A stretch of 64,000 nucleotides of DNA, taken from the NCBI RefSeq assembly GCF_021028975.2, contig NC_059426.1, positions 146,754,001-146,818,000 of the forward strand. Direction: 5' to 3'. Positions 39,000 through 51,960 of this stretch are shown here, piece after piece; the stretch's first letter is position 1; each line of letters begins with the position of its first letter. The notes beneath the pieces are model-generated. The model made no database searches. It was not told the DNA's origin and was given only the letters and a program-made list of their open reading frames with translations. This stretch comes from Sphaerodactylus townsendi. Taxonomy: Eukaryota. Made by a program: the position numbers and the translations under genes.

Positions 39000-39815
39000 A
39001 ATTCAAAATGACTTTCACAGATTACAGAGCTGGGCCAAAACTAACAGAATTAATTTCAATAGGTACTACACTAGAAATGTAAGGTACTACACTTAGGCAG
39101 AAGAAGATGGGTGACACCTGGCTTGACAATAATACATGTGAAAGGGATCTGGGAGTCTTAGTAGACCAAATCCAAAAAGAAGATCAGAACAGCAAACTCA
39201 CAAGAAAAAGAAAGGAAAAATGCATAACACTTTTGCATTTTTTGTATTGTCGAAGGCTTTTACGGCCGGAATCACTGGGGTGTTGTGTGGTTTCTGGGCT
39301 GTATGGCTGTGTTCTAGTAGCATTTTCTCCTGACATTTCGCCTGCATCTGCAGCTGACATCTTCAGAGGCTGGCATCTTTAGTATCATCCCAAGCGTTTC
39401 CCTTCTTTTTTGTGCCAGTTATGCAGATGTTGATCAGATAGATTATTCTTTTTATTGTGAGTCTTAGTAGACCACAAGCTGAGCATGAGTCAACAGTGTG
39501 ATGTGACAGCTAAGAATGCAAATGCAATTCTGGGCTGCATGAACAGGAGTATAGTAACTAGACCAAGGGAATAGTACCACTCTATTCTGCATTGGTCAGA
39601 CCTCATCAGGACTACTGTGTCCTGTTCTGGGCACCTCAGTTCAAGAAGGATATTGACCACCAAAATGGTAAAAGATTTGGATTCCATGCCCTATGAGGAG
39701 AGACTTAGGGAGCTGGGTATGTTTAGTTTGGAGAAAAGGAGGTTAAAGGCTGTTTTTAAACAGAGGCTGGATGGCCACCTGCGGGGAGTGCTTTGATTGT
39801 GTGTTCCAGCAGGGC
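39000..39815 (+). mobile_element. Degraded CR1 LINE interrupted by other insertions
   Basis: CR1 ORF2-type segments (CERDLGVLVD; AACAGTGTGATGTGACAGCTAAG; CTCAGTTCAAGAAGGATATTGAC). GAGTCTTAGTAGACCA is repeated on either side of an insert that contains a Penelope fragment. Confidence 0.75.
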
Positions 39816-39944
39816 GGGGGTTTGGATTGGATGACCCTTGTGGTGTCTACTCTTCTAAGAGGTCCACTGAACATGTGCAGAGCTCATTTGCTTCCCCTCA
39901 GGAACATAAACTACCACATATACTACTCTATCAAGAGCTTAGGA

Positions 39945-40079
39945 CATAGGCGTCAAACTCACGGCCCTCCAGATGTTATGGACTACAGTTCCCATTATCC
40001 CCTGCCAGCATCATGCTGGCAGGGGATTATGGGAATTTTAATCCATAACATCTGGAGGGCCGTGAGTTTGACACCTGTG
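39945..40079. mobile_element. Palindromic hAT MITE
   Basis: Nearly full-length inverted repeat; target duplication GCTTAGGA / GCTTAGGG. A related partial copy lies at 63918-64000. Confidence 0.85.
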
Positions 40080-40087
40080 GCTTAGGG

Positions 40088-40570
40088 CGAATGCCATTGC
40101 AGAAGAACTTCTGGACAGATTGCTCCCCCCTGTCCCTCGGAGGAGCTTCTGATTCGATAATTCCCGGTAGCCGCCACTAGATGTCGACCGAGAGCCAGCA
40201 CTGGAGGACGCTGAAGATGTGCTGGACTGGCTCGGAGCAGCGGACTTTTTGCAAATTCTCCCAGCGCCGCCTTGCAGGGAGCAAATGGGATGGTGGCGCC
40301 ACTTAGAGAAGGACCTTCACCCGCTTCTCAGCGCACAGTGCGGGAGAAGAGCAGGGCGAGCTCGCTGCGTCGGCACCGCCTGCTGCACAACTTTGACTCC
40401 CGGTGAGAAGCGGCGTTACTGCTGCGGGTGGGAAAGGGCGCTGTTGCAAGTTACCTTCTGTGACCCTATAATATTCCTCTCCTGTGGCAGGGCGTCTTTA
40501 ACAACAGCGGGGCAGGCAGGCGGAAAACGTCCCCATCGCTACAGCAGGTGAATTTTCCGCAGGGCACGTT
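40088..40570 (+). promoter_or_regulatory. CpG-rich island; candidate TSHR promoter and non-coding exon
   Basis: CpG-rich block with no repeat I recognise, about 2.6 kb upstream of the TSHR ATG. CTCF-like CCACTAGATGTCGA at 40174-40187. Plus-strand donors CCG|GTGAGA (40403) and CAG|GTGAAT (40548). Confidence 0.55.
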
Positions 40571-41990
40571 TTACTGCATCCCCAGGGAAGGATACATACA
40601 CCGGTTGACTTTCTGTCTGTCAAGTCGCTGTGAAAGCCTCCCAGAATCGCATCCCAAAACAAATGAACAGAGAAGGAGCCTGTTATGGAGACTATCCTGG
40701 GATGCTAGCTGGTGAGCGCGCCCAGGAAGGCTCTGTAGTTCTCTCTTTCCCCATTCGCAACAGCTTGCCAGATACGCTAGGATTAGAGGGAGCGACTGGC
40801 CCAAAGTTAGTCAGTCCGCTTCATGGCAGATGAGGATCTGAACCCGAGCCTTTCAGATAAAAATCATAGATAAATGGGGTAGTAAAGTCACCAGGGAGAT
40901 GGTGTGCAATGGAGAGAGGGTAGTGTTGCTGAGTTGGAAAATTCAAGGAGATTTGGGGATGGAGTCTAAGAAGGGTGAAGTTTGGGAAGGAGAAGAATCT
41001 CAGTGGGGTCCACCCTCCCCAGTGTCCATTTTCCCCAGGGAAATTATTTCTTTGTAGTCTGGAGAGCACTTGTAATTCCAGGAGATCTCCAGGCCCCACC
41101 TGGAGACTGGCAACCATGGGAAAGGGATAGTGGGGTCTGCCCTGAGGAGAGCATGCTTCTAGGATTTGCTGTTTAAGGAGTCAGGCTGATAATGAGGTAA
41201 ACAGTATTGGGATGATCCTTTCAGCATTTTGCTCCATTTAATATTTTTTATTATTTTCAATAGTTCTATTGTTAATACATGTACAACCTGGAAAGCCCAC
41301 AGCATCCACGTACTGTATATTTATAACATTTAAAGCATTTTTTTCTGATAACATCTATGGGCAGATTCCTGTAACTGAACAGGATACATAGTTTAGGTTC
41401 CTGGACTAAATCTGACCAGTCTGTTTTCCTTTCTTAATGTGCCTATAATTTGCTAAATTTCTTATTCATTCATAGCCCCCAGAGTTCATGCAATTCTGTA
41501 TTATTTATAAGTTGCCTTTTCCTGTTATTTGTAAGGCTTAGCATATAGTCAGTACAACCAAACACTGCTTAAAGTGGTACCTGTTGTAGAAATAAATATT
41601 AATGATAATGTAAAATCAGGCCCAGCTCATCCCCACCCCTTTTCATTTCACCAGACCACACAAGAGTTTCAGTTCTAGGTTTTCATTTTTAAGAGAAATG
41701 GTTTTGTGGGTATGGAGCAAGCATCAATAGTTTATGAGGCAGCCAGGAAATCAGACAGTCCAAGGCAGTTTCAGAGATGTGCTATTTACCGTCTAAGGGG
41801 ATTACCAGTAGTTTACAAGAAAATTTTGGATGGGAACGTGAGGGTGGGCACACTGTATACTGCTTACGGAAACACAATTGCCTATAGAGCTTTGCATCTC
41901 TGGGATGGAAGGTGGTTTATGGAGCCATTTGCTGCAGATGACAATGAAGGAAATGCTTGGGATGATACTAAAGTTACTTTGGAGTACACT

Positions 41991-42903
41991 CAGAGGTGGG
42001 ATCCAGCAGGTTCTCACCAGTTCCCGAGAGTGGGTTACTAATTATTTGTGTGTGCCGAGAGGGGGTTACTAATTGGGTCCGCTTTTCCATCTCCACGTGA
42101 CTAGCCCAAGGTCACCCAGGAATAAAAAGGGAGTGTTAATGACTGATTTTAGGTATTTATGGGGCAAAAGGATTACAAAGCATTTTGTACTAATGCTTAC
42201 TCAATTAAAAAAAAATCACAACCTGTGTATCCTGGCAGCAGCCTTGATATCTAGCTCTTGAATATGCCTATGCAGTTGGAATGGTCCATCGGATCCATGT
42301 TTTAATGAATTTGTGTCTTAATCTAAAGTGCAAATTATTTTGAGTATTGAATGTATTAGCCCTTCAGAATATAGTTAAAAAACAGTGGTGATGGTGAATC
42401 TTCACTAAACTGTAGTGACCACTCATGATTTCACAGTTGGCATAAAGTCCTGTTGTTTCCTATGTGGCTGGTTAGCGAAGGTAGAAAACGGGATAATTCT
42501 CCCTGTTGGGCTGTTTTAAAAACATGTTTTAGAAATATGGTAAAGTTCCTTGTTTAAGTAAAGTATACTTCTTTTGATTTCTAGAAACTGAATTAAGTAT
42601 TTGAAAGTATTAAGTATTTGACAGGCAGTCAATTAGAGGAGAAATAGTTGTTTCTGTTGGCACTAGACGATAGGACTTGCTATAATGAGTTTAAATTATG
42701 GACAGAAAGATACCAGCTGGAAATAAGGAACTTTTTTTTACAGTAAGAGTTTTTTACAGTAACAGAGAAATTATTAATGCCCTGCCCCCGGAATGCCTGG
42801 CCATGCCCCCGTCTTGCCCCGCCCAGCCCCATTGGCGCTACGCCACTGTTTGAATCCCACCACCATGGGAACCTGTTACTAAAATTTTTGGATCCCACCA
42901 CTG
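41991..42903. mobile_element. Non-autonomous hAT (Tip100-like) transposon
   Basis: Terminal inverted repeats CAGAGGTGGGATCCA / TGGATCCCACCACTG; perfect 8-bp target duplication AGTACACT (41983-41990 and 42904-42911). Confidence 0.9.
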
Positions 42904-43108
42904 AGTACACTGAAAGGATATGTGTGTGCCTGGGAATAATGTCTTTGCAATTTTACTTGTTATGCTTTTATGTTTCCCTTCAGCAAGAATCGTGAAGGTG
43001 TGTTTTCCTAAGAGACACGGGCTTTCCTGTACTTCTTGCTTAGAAGTTACCTCTGGTCTCTGTATGGGGAAGAATTGGAGAAGCAGCGGCATCTGTAGGC
43101 TCAAGAAG

Positions 43109-43278
43109 ATGCTGTTGCCAGAATTCCTTCAGCTGCTGCTGCTGCTCAAAATGGGGCTGATAAGTAGAGCCATGGATGTGTGTCCATCCCTTTGTGACTG
43201 CTCCGATTGGGACCGCTTCAAAATCACCTGCACAGAGATCCATTACATCCCCAACCTACCACAAGGCATACAGACTTT
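43109..43278 (+). CDS. TSHR: TSHR (thyrotropin receptor) first coding exon: signal peptide plus N-terminal cysteine box
   Basis: MLLPEFLQLLLLLKMGLISRAMDVCPSLCDCSDWDRFKITCTEIHYIPNLPQGIQTL. The C-x-C...ITC..I..IP.LP...QTL pattern fits TSHR; 170 coding nt as recalled for human exon 1; phase-2 donor TT|GTGAGT; divergent from CEP128. Confidence 0.95.
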
Positions 43279-43309
43279 GTGAGTACATGCATTTTTTTTT
43301 AAAGTATAC

Positions 43310-44025
43310 TGTTCTGCAAAATTAGGGCCATCAACTGTGGCTGATGGTAGGAAAAAAGTTATAAAAACATATAAAGACAATTAAAACCACAACTAAAATA
43401 CATTTGTAAAAGCACAAGTGTACAATAATGAAAACAGGTTGGGAAGGAGAGGTGGTTGAGGGAATATCAGAAGAAATAAAATAATTCTTCACCTGCTGGT
43501 AAAAGGCTATGATGGAAGGAGACAGATGAAAAAAGAGAGTTGCCTATGTTGGGGGCAACAACTAAGAAGGTTGTCTTTTGGTTTTCCAGCTGCCTAGTCT
43601 CAGAAGGTGGGGAGACCCAAAGCAGGGTCTTTGAGGATGACCTTAGTGGTTTATTAGGTTTGTACAGGGGAAGGCATTCTCAAAACATTAGTATTTATAG
43701 GTCAGCCCCGGCACTTTGAAATGTGCCCAAGTACAGATTGGGAACAAGTGAAATGGATCAGGATGGCAGTGTTATGTTCCTTACCACCCACAATCTGTAT
43801 TAAGTAAAGTTTCCAAACACTTTTCAAGGACAGCCCCATGTAGAGCACACTGCAGTAATCTAATCTCGATATAACTAGGGCATACTTCACAGTAACCAGA
43901 TCTTTTCTGATTAGAAAAGGCTGCATCTGGCTAACCAGTAGAAGGTGGTCAAAGGCACCTCTGATCTGCTTATTCAGCAGTAGCCCTAGTTCCAGGAACA
44001 ACCCAAACTATGGACATATTCCTTC
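43310..44025 (-). mobile_element. Old L2-type LINE fragment
   Basis: Peptide ALVISRLDYCSVLYMGLSLK (L2 ORF2). A related fragment lies at about 37150-37840. Confidence 0.7.
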
Positions 44026-44304
44026 AAAGGGAATGCAACCCCATCCAGAAGATGTGATGCTTTCCAGGGCCACCAAAAGCAGGGGGACTTGGGGGGAGAA
44101 AATTTGGGCGCCCCAAGTCAGCTGGAGGGCCCCTGAAGCCAACATCATTCTGCTGTCATGGAATGCATTGAAAAACAAAAAAAAAGCTGTAATGCACTTC
44201 TGCACTGCAGTCATTGGAGGCGCATGGACAGTGGAGCAGACACTCTGCTTTCTGCTTAGGATGCTTTTCTTCAAAGGTTACTACAAGCAGCTTGCACAAA
44301 CATC

Positions 44305-45427
44305 TTCACTCTTAACATATACTACATTAGTAAGTCTACTTTTTCAGCATTACTTTTTTGTGCTGAAAAAGCCCCCTCGACTTATAATGCTAAAGTGAGG
44401 GTCCCCACTTAATTCTTGTGTGGCATTCCCCCTCTCCTGTCTTCGCTCTCTCCTGCCTTCTTCTCTGCCTCCCCCCTTTCAGCTGCTTTCTCAGCCTCCT
44501 TCTCTGCTTCGCTCTCCTCTGCCTTTGTAACCTCAACTTGTGGGTTCTGTGGGGCAGTACTTGGAAGGAGTTGCAAAGAAGCAAATTTAAACAAAACAGT
44601 TTACTTCTCTTTACAAATAACATTAAACATCAACATTTAACATTACAATTCAAGGTCCTGTTCAGGTTGCATTTTAAGTCCTTCTAGTTACAGTCTACTG
44701 ATACTGCCAAGTCCAATTCTTCTTTGCCAGTGGGTTGGCTCCTGAAGACTCCAAGGGCTTGGTGAACAGGATGCAACATGATGAAGGTTTCCAGGAGAAC
44801 TCTCACCCATTACAACCACAAAAAGAAACCCTGAAACAATAAACTCCAACATTTACAACATAGCAAAAACAACTACCTTCCCAGTAGTTCCCAATAATAT
44901 TGCAATTACCTTAACAAGGTGTTAAGGGCTTATAGAAATCAAGGTCCGAGTCTGGTAGCCTTGTCTTCTCCAAAGAGCTCTGAGTTCTGCAGCATTCTGC
45001 TTCTTCTCAGACTCCACCCCTTTCTGGGTCAACCCATTCTGGGCCAACCCATTCTGGGCATGGGGGTTACACCTTCTTCTCTGACTTCCCCCTTTCAGCT
45101 GCTTTTTCTGCCTCTGCCTTCTTCTCGGCGGCGTCTGGCCCCCTAGTTCTTGGCGGGTGACAGCCAGTCAACCTGGGTGAGCTGGACAAGCAGCGGGATG
45201 GAGAAGTCGGTGGCAGAGACCTTGGGATTGGTGAGATGGGGGGTCAGTGGCAGAGACCCCCAAATAGCACCCAACCGTATCTATTTTTATTTTTGAAATT
45301 TACCAGCAGCTGCTGCATTTCCCACCCTAGACTTATACTCGAGTCAATAAGTTTTCCCAGTTTTTTGTGGTAAAATTAGGTGCCTCGACTTATATTCGGG
45401 TCGACTTATACACGAGTATATACAGTA
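44305..45427. mobile_element. Tc2-like DNA element with a nested LTR-like insert (~44388-45071)
   Basis: GACTTATA subterminal motifs at both ends, right end GAGTATATACAGTA. The inner segment is bounded by TG...GGGGTTACA; no target duplication seen. Confidence 0.5.
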
Positions 45428-46996
45428 GGTGTCCTACTGAAGTCATCAACCAAGCCAGTACTGGAGCAAGGCAAGACCAGCTAGCAGGACTAATGGTTGC
45501 TACAATCGTTGTCATGCTGCGCGGCCTCCAGTAGTCCGTTTCTCTCTTCCTTTCCTTCCAGTCCGCTCCATAATTTTGGCTGCTCCATCAGATTTTACAG
45601 TTAGTGAGTTGTAGAAAATATAACCACCTTTCCTCTTTTCTCAATTCCTCTTCCTCTTTTCCGCAGTTTCTCCATTTTGCTGTCTTCCTTTCATGACATA
45701 CCTTTGTACCTCTCTCCCTCCCCTTTATAATCTTCCCCCTTTCTCAGTCTTAGTCTCAGTTCTTCATCCGTATTCTGGTTGGCACTCTAGAAGTATCTAA
45801 TTGTACTATAGCAGCACTTGTACTATAGTATATTGTACTATAATATACTATATATTATAAACAGAAGTGGGGTTTCTTACTGTTTCCCCCTGCCCCACCT
45901 CTCTTTACATGCATGGTGAGGCAATGTTAATCTAATTTAGAAGTTACACATGTGGAACAGAAGCTGGAACTCCTCCTTCCTCCCCAGTTAGATTGAATTC
46001 TATTTTAAGCACTGTTCGGACAGTGGGTCGTTGTTGCAATGGTGGGACATCAAGAAGAAGAGGAATTTGGATTTTTACCCTGCTTTTTTTCTCCTGTCTC
46101 AAAACGGCTCACAAACTCCTTCCCTTCCTCTCCCTGCAACAGGCATTTTGTAAGGTAGGTGGGGCTGAGAGAGTTCTGAAGAACTGTGACTATCCCAAGG
46201 TCACCCAGATGGCTTCATGTAGAGGAGTGGGAAACAAACCCAGTTCACCAGAAAAGAGCCCACTGCTTTTAACCACTACATTATGGTGGTGTAGTATATC
46301 CCTCTGTAAATACAATTTTGGTACTATAAACATTAAGCTTCATGTTATATGACAAATGACACAGTTTAGAAAATGTCAGCAGAATCAATCCCAATAATCC
46401 AGAGGCATGGCTAGGGAAAATGGAGCCTGGGGTAAAACCCGAGTTTTGCGGGAGGGGGCAGGCATGGACAGCCACCCTCCCCCACCATGACCAAAGGCCA
46501 CCCTCCCCCACTATAACCAAAGAATTATTTTTTGCATCAAGTCATCTCAAAGCCACCATCACATTATAGAACATGTCCCAATTCACAAATCTGAACACAG
46601 CAATGGGCCATGCCACACATCAGAAATAAATTTGTTGACAAGTTTTTCAAAATGCTTTCAAAATGTTTAACAACTGTTGTAACACTTAAAAGTGTTTTAA
46701 GTGTCATATGACTTAAAATGCTTTCAAAATGTTTTATTACTGCTGTGAATAATGTTTTATTACCCTCCACTCATTCCCTTGCATTTCTCCCAACCATTGG
46801 CAGGAATAATAGCCAATTTGGATTAATATCAAACCTGCCCAAGTAAGGCATAGTACAAGCAAGCTTGAATTTCCATCTCTTCCTCTGAATACCTATTTCA
46901 CACTTGTATCTACAAGAACTCCAAGCACTGCAGATTCGTCTTCTAATTGCTAAGGGTGCAGCCCAAAGTAACCCCTGGATGACCCAAAGGTTCTTC

Positions 46997-46998
<2 letters not shown>

Positions 46999-47034
<36 letters not shown>
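46999..47034. repeat. (AG)n microsatellite
   Basis: Read directly from the sequence. Confidence 0.95.
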
Positions 47035-47038
<4 letters not shown>

Positions 47039-50000
47039 TGTATTCTTTTGAATTTATATGGTGAGTATTCATCAGCCTGGGTAGCCAAGGCCAGAAGCTG
47101 CTGTGGGCACAACTCAGAATTTACTTTCTTGACTTGTTCTTCAAAAATCTGTTTTGAGTGCTGAAACTGTGCAGAACTTCCACATTCAGAGGCAGTAAAC
47201 CTCTGAATACCAGTGCCAAGAGGCAACACCAGACTTTGGCCTCTATGCCTTTTTGTTGAACCTCAGGGAGTTTACTGTGGGAATTTACTCCAAACATTCC
47301 AACACATCACTCTCTACAATCCCAGATGCAGAGAAATTGTGAACAGTTATGTGTTTGTGTCCCCTGCTCTTTCTTCAAGCTCCTTTGTTTACAATTCAGA
47401 CATCACAAACAAGCAGTGTTGACATTAAAACATTGAAAATATAGCTATTATTAAAACATCCTGCATTGTGCAGAACTAGGGTTGCCTGCTCCAGACTAGG
47501 AAATACCTGGAGATTTTCAAGGTGAAACCCTATGAAGGGGGGTTCAGAGAGAGGACAGACTTCAGTGGTGCAATGCAGAATCTACCATATAAAGTTGCCA
47601 TTTGCTCCTGGTGAACTGATCTCTGTACCTGGGAATCATTTGTAATTCCAGGAGATCTTCAGCCACCACCTGGAGGTTGGAACAATATATGACTTACACT
47701 CCTTACACTCCTATTATGTATCTGAAATTCATTCCACTATCTATCGTGAAAAACCACATTATGCACTTACTTTGAGAGACACGGTATCAAGTATGCAACA
47801 CTTGCATCACATACATGTATCTGCATAAATTTTTAAACTATATGGCTTATGCATAATATTTAAAAACTTCTAATTAAAACTTTGCAGGTTCAATTGTTCA
47901 AGTTTCATGGCTGGATGCATTCTAGCATTTATGAGATTATTTTGTAAACTCGGCAGATTCTGAATCTGATGCCTGTATGCTGTTTGCATAATGTAGTTTT
48001 ATAGTGCTGAACCATTACCTAGAAAGGGATTATTTTGATATTCAATGCATTAAAGATCTCGTGCAAATGCAATTCACAGATATCATACTGTGCTTATGCT
48101 GGAAGATAACAGGTAAAATTCTTCTGATTAATCACAAAGCTCTGATTAGCCCCCTCGTGAGGAAAAACTGAGCCCCTCTCTACAAAACTGAAAGTAAAAG
48201 GTCATATTTTCTTTTCTTTTCAAACTTACCAGTGCAATTTTCAGAAGGACATGCATGATCTCTGCTGCACTCCCCGGTTGGCTTTGTCCCAGCCCTTTCA
48301 TCAGTTTACTCGCCCCACCCCCTTCATGAGGCAAAGCTGAAAGTAGGAGCCAATGAGAAGAAGGGTCATTTGCATGCAGGCTCTGAGGATGCTGGGGGAC
48401 AGTTTGGAGGAAAAAACCTTTTGGAGGGGCAGAAAGGGATGAGGGCAAATTACAAAATAGTAATTTGCAGATGCCCTGAGGATGCTGGGAAACTGGGTAA
48501 AATGAAATTGAGACTCACCATAACTTGGAAGGTTTGCTGATTGTGGAGACATAAATACCAAGCTGAGCAAGTTTTTCACATAGAGAGGGAGACAGAAGGA
48601 GCGAGAGAACATAGGCAGGCAGGCAGGCAGCCGGCAGGGGGTGCAATCAAGTGATTTTGCACTCCCACGGGACTCCCATGGTGGACGCCCAGGACATTTG
48701 TCCCCGGATGTCCCCGTGAGAGCTTCACAACTGGCTACAGAGCATGCCTGGAAGCAGAATGAGCAAACTCACCCTACCCACTACATCTCAAGCAAATACT
48801 ATTGGGGATTAAGAAAAGAGTGTTTGCCAGAAGCCCTAATAATCCAGCTACAGATCTTCAGTAATTCTTCTAAAATATTTCCAAGTAATGTTTATTCTTT
48901 ACTGACAAATAACACTAAACCAAACAGGCTTTTCACAATTACATTGTAAAGTATTAAACTGGGAGGCAAATGATGCCCGTCTGTATTCTCTTTGGGATTG
49001 CAAAAGGTGTATCATTCTGTGTTCACAACTGTCAGCTTCTGTCAGAGGGAACAATTCCAGACTGTTGGGCACTGGCTTTTTGTCCCAATCAAATGGGAAT
49101 GTACATGGAAGTTGCACCTGACCTTGGCGAGTAGCAGTTGCAAAATGTATGCCTGGTCTGACTTAGAAACTGCTTGGAGTATGTATCTGCTTGAACACAG
49201 TGTATGCTCAAGCATAGTAAAAAGCTATTTTTTCTGTTTCTTGGAAGACAGCCTTCAAATGAGGAAAATATAAGAATTAATGTAGCAACTGGCGTGTTGT
49301 GTGGTTTCTGGGCTGTATGGCCGTGTTCTAGTCGCATTTTCTCCCGACGTTTCGCCTGCATCTGTGCCTGGCATCTTCAGAGGATCTGAATGTGGCAGCT
49401 CTGTGAAGAAACGTACATAGTTGCCTTTGTGGTGTATTGACTACCCGAAGACAAGTTTCAAGGCGGCCCATCCTCACTTTCAAGGAAGTGAGAGGAAGGT
49501 CAGGGTATGGTCGCAGGTTGGTGTGAAGAGACAGCCAGGGTGCATTCATGCCCAGGACCTGATACAAAAAGAGATGTTGGCCTAAGGAAGGGGCATATAT
49601 CGGCTTACGACAGATTGACACTCCCTCTTTGGGAATACAAATTTCAGTATATTTTGAGGTAGTCAAATATCTCACAAAAGCAGGAGTCAGTGTGTTTCAC
49701 AACTCCCGGAGTACTTAACAAAGCTTCCTTGGCTAAATTAATGTTTTGTGTGAGAGAGAGGGGGTCCCCTTTTGTTTTAAACTCCGACATCCCTAATATA
49801 TGTACATTTCTTGGGGCAAATCAAACAAACAAAAGAACCTTTAGCTGCAAAATCAGCCAGTTTTCGTCTGAGGTGGCTTTATGCCTGAGGTGCTTTTTTA
49901 TTTACAGAAAGAAAAGTCATAAGTGGCTGGACTTTGGAAACATTCACTAATTTGTAAAGTTCAATGACCCTAAAAAAACAAAGTTATAGAGCTAATTCTT

Positions 50001-50837
50001 AGTGCATTCTGCCAAAAAAAAGCGCAACTAAAAGTAATTTCACTTTAGAAAATGGTAAAAGAAAGTGAGGTTTCCTTTACTGTTATTTATATCAATCTTA
50101 GAGATGATGATTAGTAAACATAAATATTTTAGGCTACTTTTATGATTTAAAGTACAGATTCTATTTTCCTGATGGAGATGTTGTTCGCCAGACCCAGAAG
50201 CAGAATAATGCTCTTCAATTATGTTGCTTAGCTTCTTTCTTTTTTTTGCCAAGGACTTGAAGTTATATTGTAGATGCTTTCTACAATGCTTGAAAAGATA
50301 ACCATTCAGATCCTATTTGTCTGTATTTGTTCCAACTCTGCAGCTTGTTAAGCCATTTTAAAAGCGACCGTAAAGCTTAAGTATGGAGCGGAATGCACTT
50401 TACCCACTGAATGCCCAAGCATTAATTAGTTTCTTCATCATTTTCAAAACTACAGCTTTTAATTAAGCGTCTCTCTCCCCGATGTACTTTTTGAATTATG
50501 CATCCTGAAAACAAAGACAGGTTACCTGTGTGCTCCATCTGACTCCCAATAATAACTGAGCTGAGGCATTTGCTACCAATGAGAGTCTCCAAATTGACTT
50601 TGAGAAGAGACCTGCACAGATTAAAATCTCACAGATTATATTAAATGTATCCAGATGGCCAGTGGCTCTACTCCTAAAGAACGAACAGTGAAATCCTCAT
50701 TTGGAATTTAATTGGGCCCCTCAGCGCAAGTGGTATTTCAGTGCCACTTACCAATAGCAGAACGGTATGTTCTATTTATCAAGTGGCACCCATTGTGCAG
50801 CCATGTATCTATACTTTTCTGTTCCGGGGTTCGATAA

Positions 50838-51960
50838 TGTTACCGCTGCTGCTCGGGTAACAATAAGTGATTTCAGCTCAGCAACTTAATGAGGTACAGG
50901 AAGCCGACGTTCTTCAAAGCAAAAGGATTTTATTTGCAGGTGGTGGTCACAGCTCTGTCAGGAGAATCACGCTCTTGCAACCCCATGCAAGAACTTTTAT
51001 TCCCAAACTTCAAAGGGGCAAAGGGGCAGGGAAAAGGGGAGGTGAGGGGGCAAGTCTCTCACCAACCACCAAAGAAAACAAACAACCTGAAAACAGGATA
51101 CAGTTACAACTTCTGAAAGAGATTATAAATCCCGCTGTCAAACGTCTTCCCGCGAGATCTCGCAATGGTGCTGAATGGAGAGCAGATAAGGTCCATTCAT
51201 AAAATCCAGGTGGGCTCACTACCGCACCCAGCTATCTCCTTTATCAGATGGCTGTTTCCTTCAGTAATATCCTGAGGCTCCCGCCTCACTTCGTTACAAC
51301 AAAGAAAAGTTCAAACTGTCCAATGGTGGTCCCTGCATGTCTTCCAATGGCTGGGGACCTCTGGGTGCTGGCAACAGATTCGATCTGCAAGTCCAAAGAG
51401 GGCCTTTGTCTTTGTTAAGGAGTCAGCTGGGTGTTGGTCTAAGCTGCATTCCAGAGCCAACTTTCTTGTCCCTTAATATCAAACCTTTCAGGCCACTGCT
51501 TTGGCCATCAGACACAAATTTCAAAAACAACATTTCTAAACTTAAACCTTAGGGAAACCTTAAAGGGATAAACATATATACTTATAGGCAAAACTTTCCT
51601 AAACCTAGCAATAACAGAACCTTTAAACTTAACTGGAGAACCTAGTCAAACTAAAATCCTAAACAACGGGCACATAATAAATTCAACTGAAGAGGGGCTT
51701 TTATTACATCCTAGTACAGCATAAACAAGAGGGAAACCATATATCATTGACACACTCCTACATATACGTTCTCTGTGAGCCTTATGGAGGCTCCTGAACC
51801 ACACAAGTCTCTGTGTCCGGTCATGGAGCCAGTGTAACCAGGCAACCTGACTCAGGAAAATATTTTGTTTATTTTCCTGGCGGTAACAATAATATGAGTG
51901 GCTTCCAAAGCAAAAGTTTACTGTTTTAAGATGAACTGGAACAGTTGATTGGCTTCTACC
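50838..51960 (-). mobile_element. LTR-like element, copy 1 (right boundary approximate)
   Basis: Diverged inverted homologue of 58380-59525; terminus TGTTACCGCTGCTGCTCGGGTAACA; minus-strand AATAAA. Confidence 0.65.

Noticed and set aside
42920-43063. N-terminal part of the 120-aa ORF as TSHR coding sequence
   Set aside because: It begins at a non-ATG codon, and TSHR homology starts only at the signal peptide.
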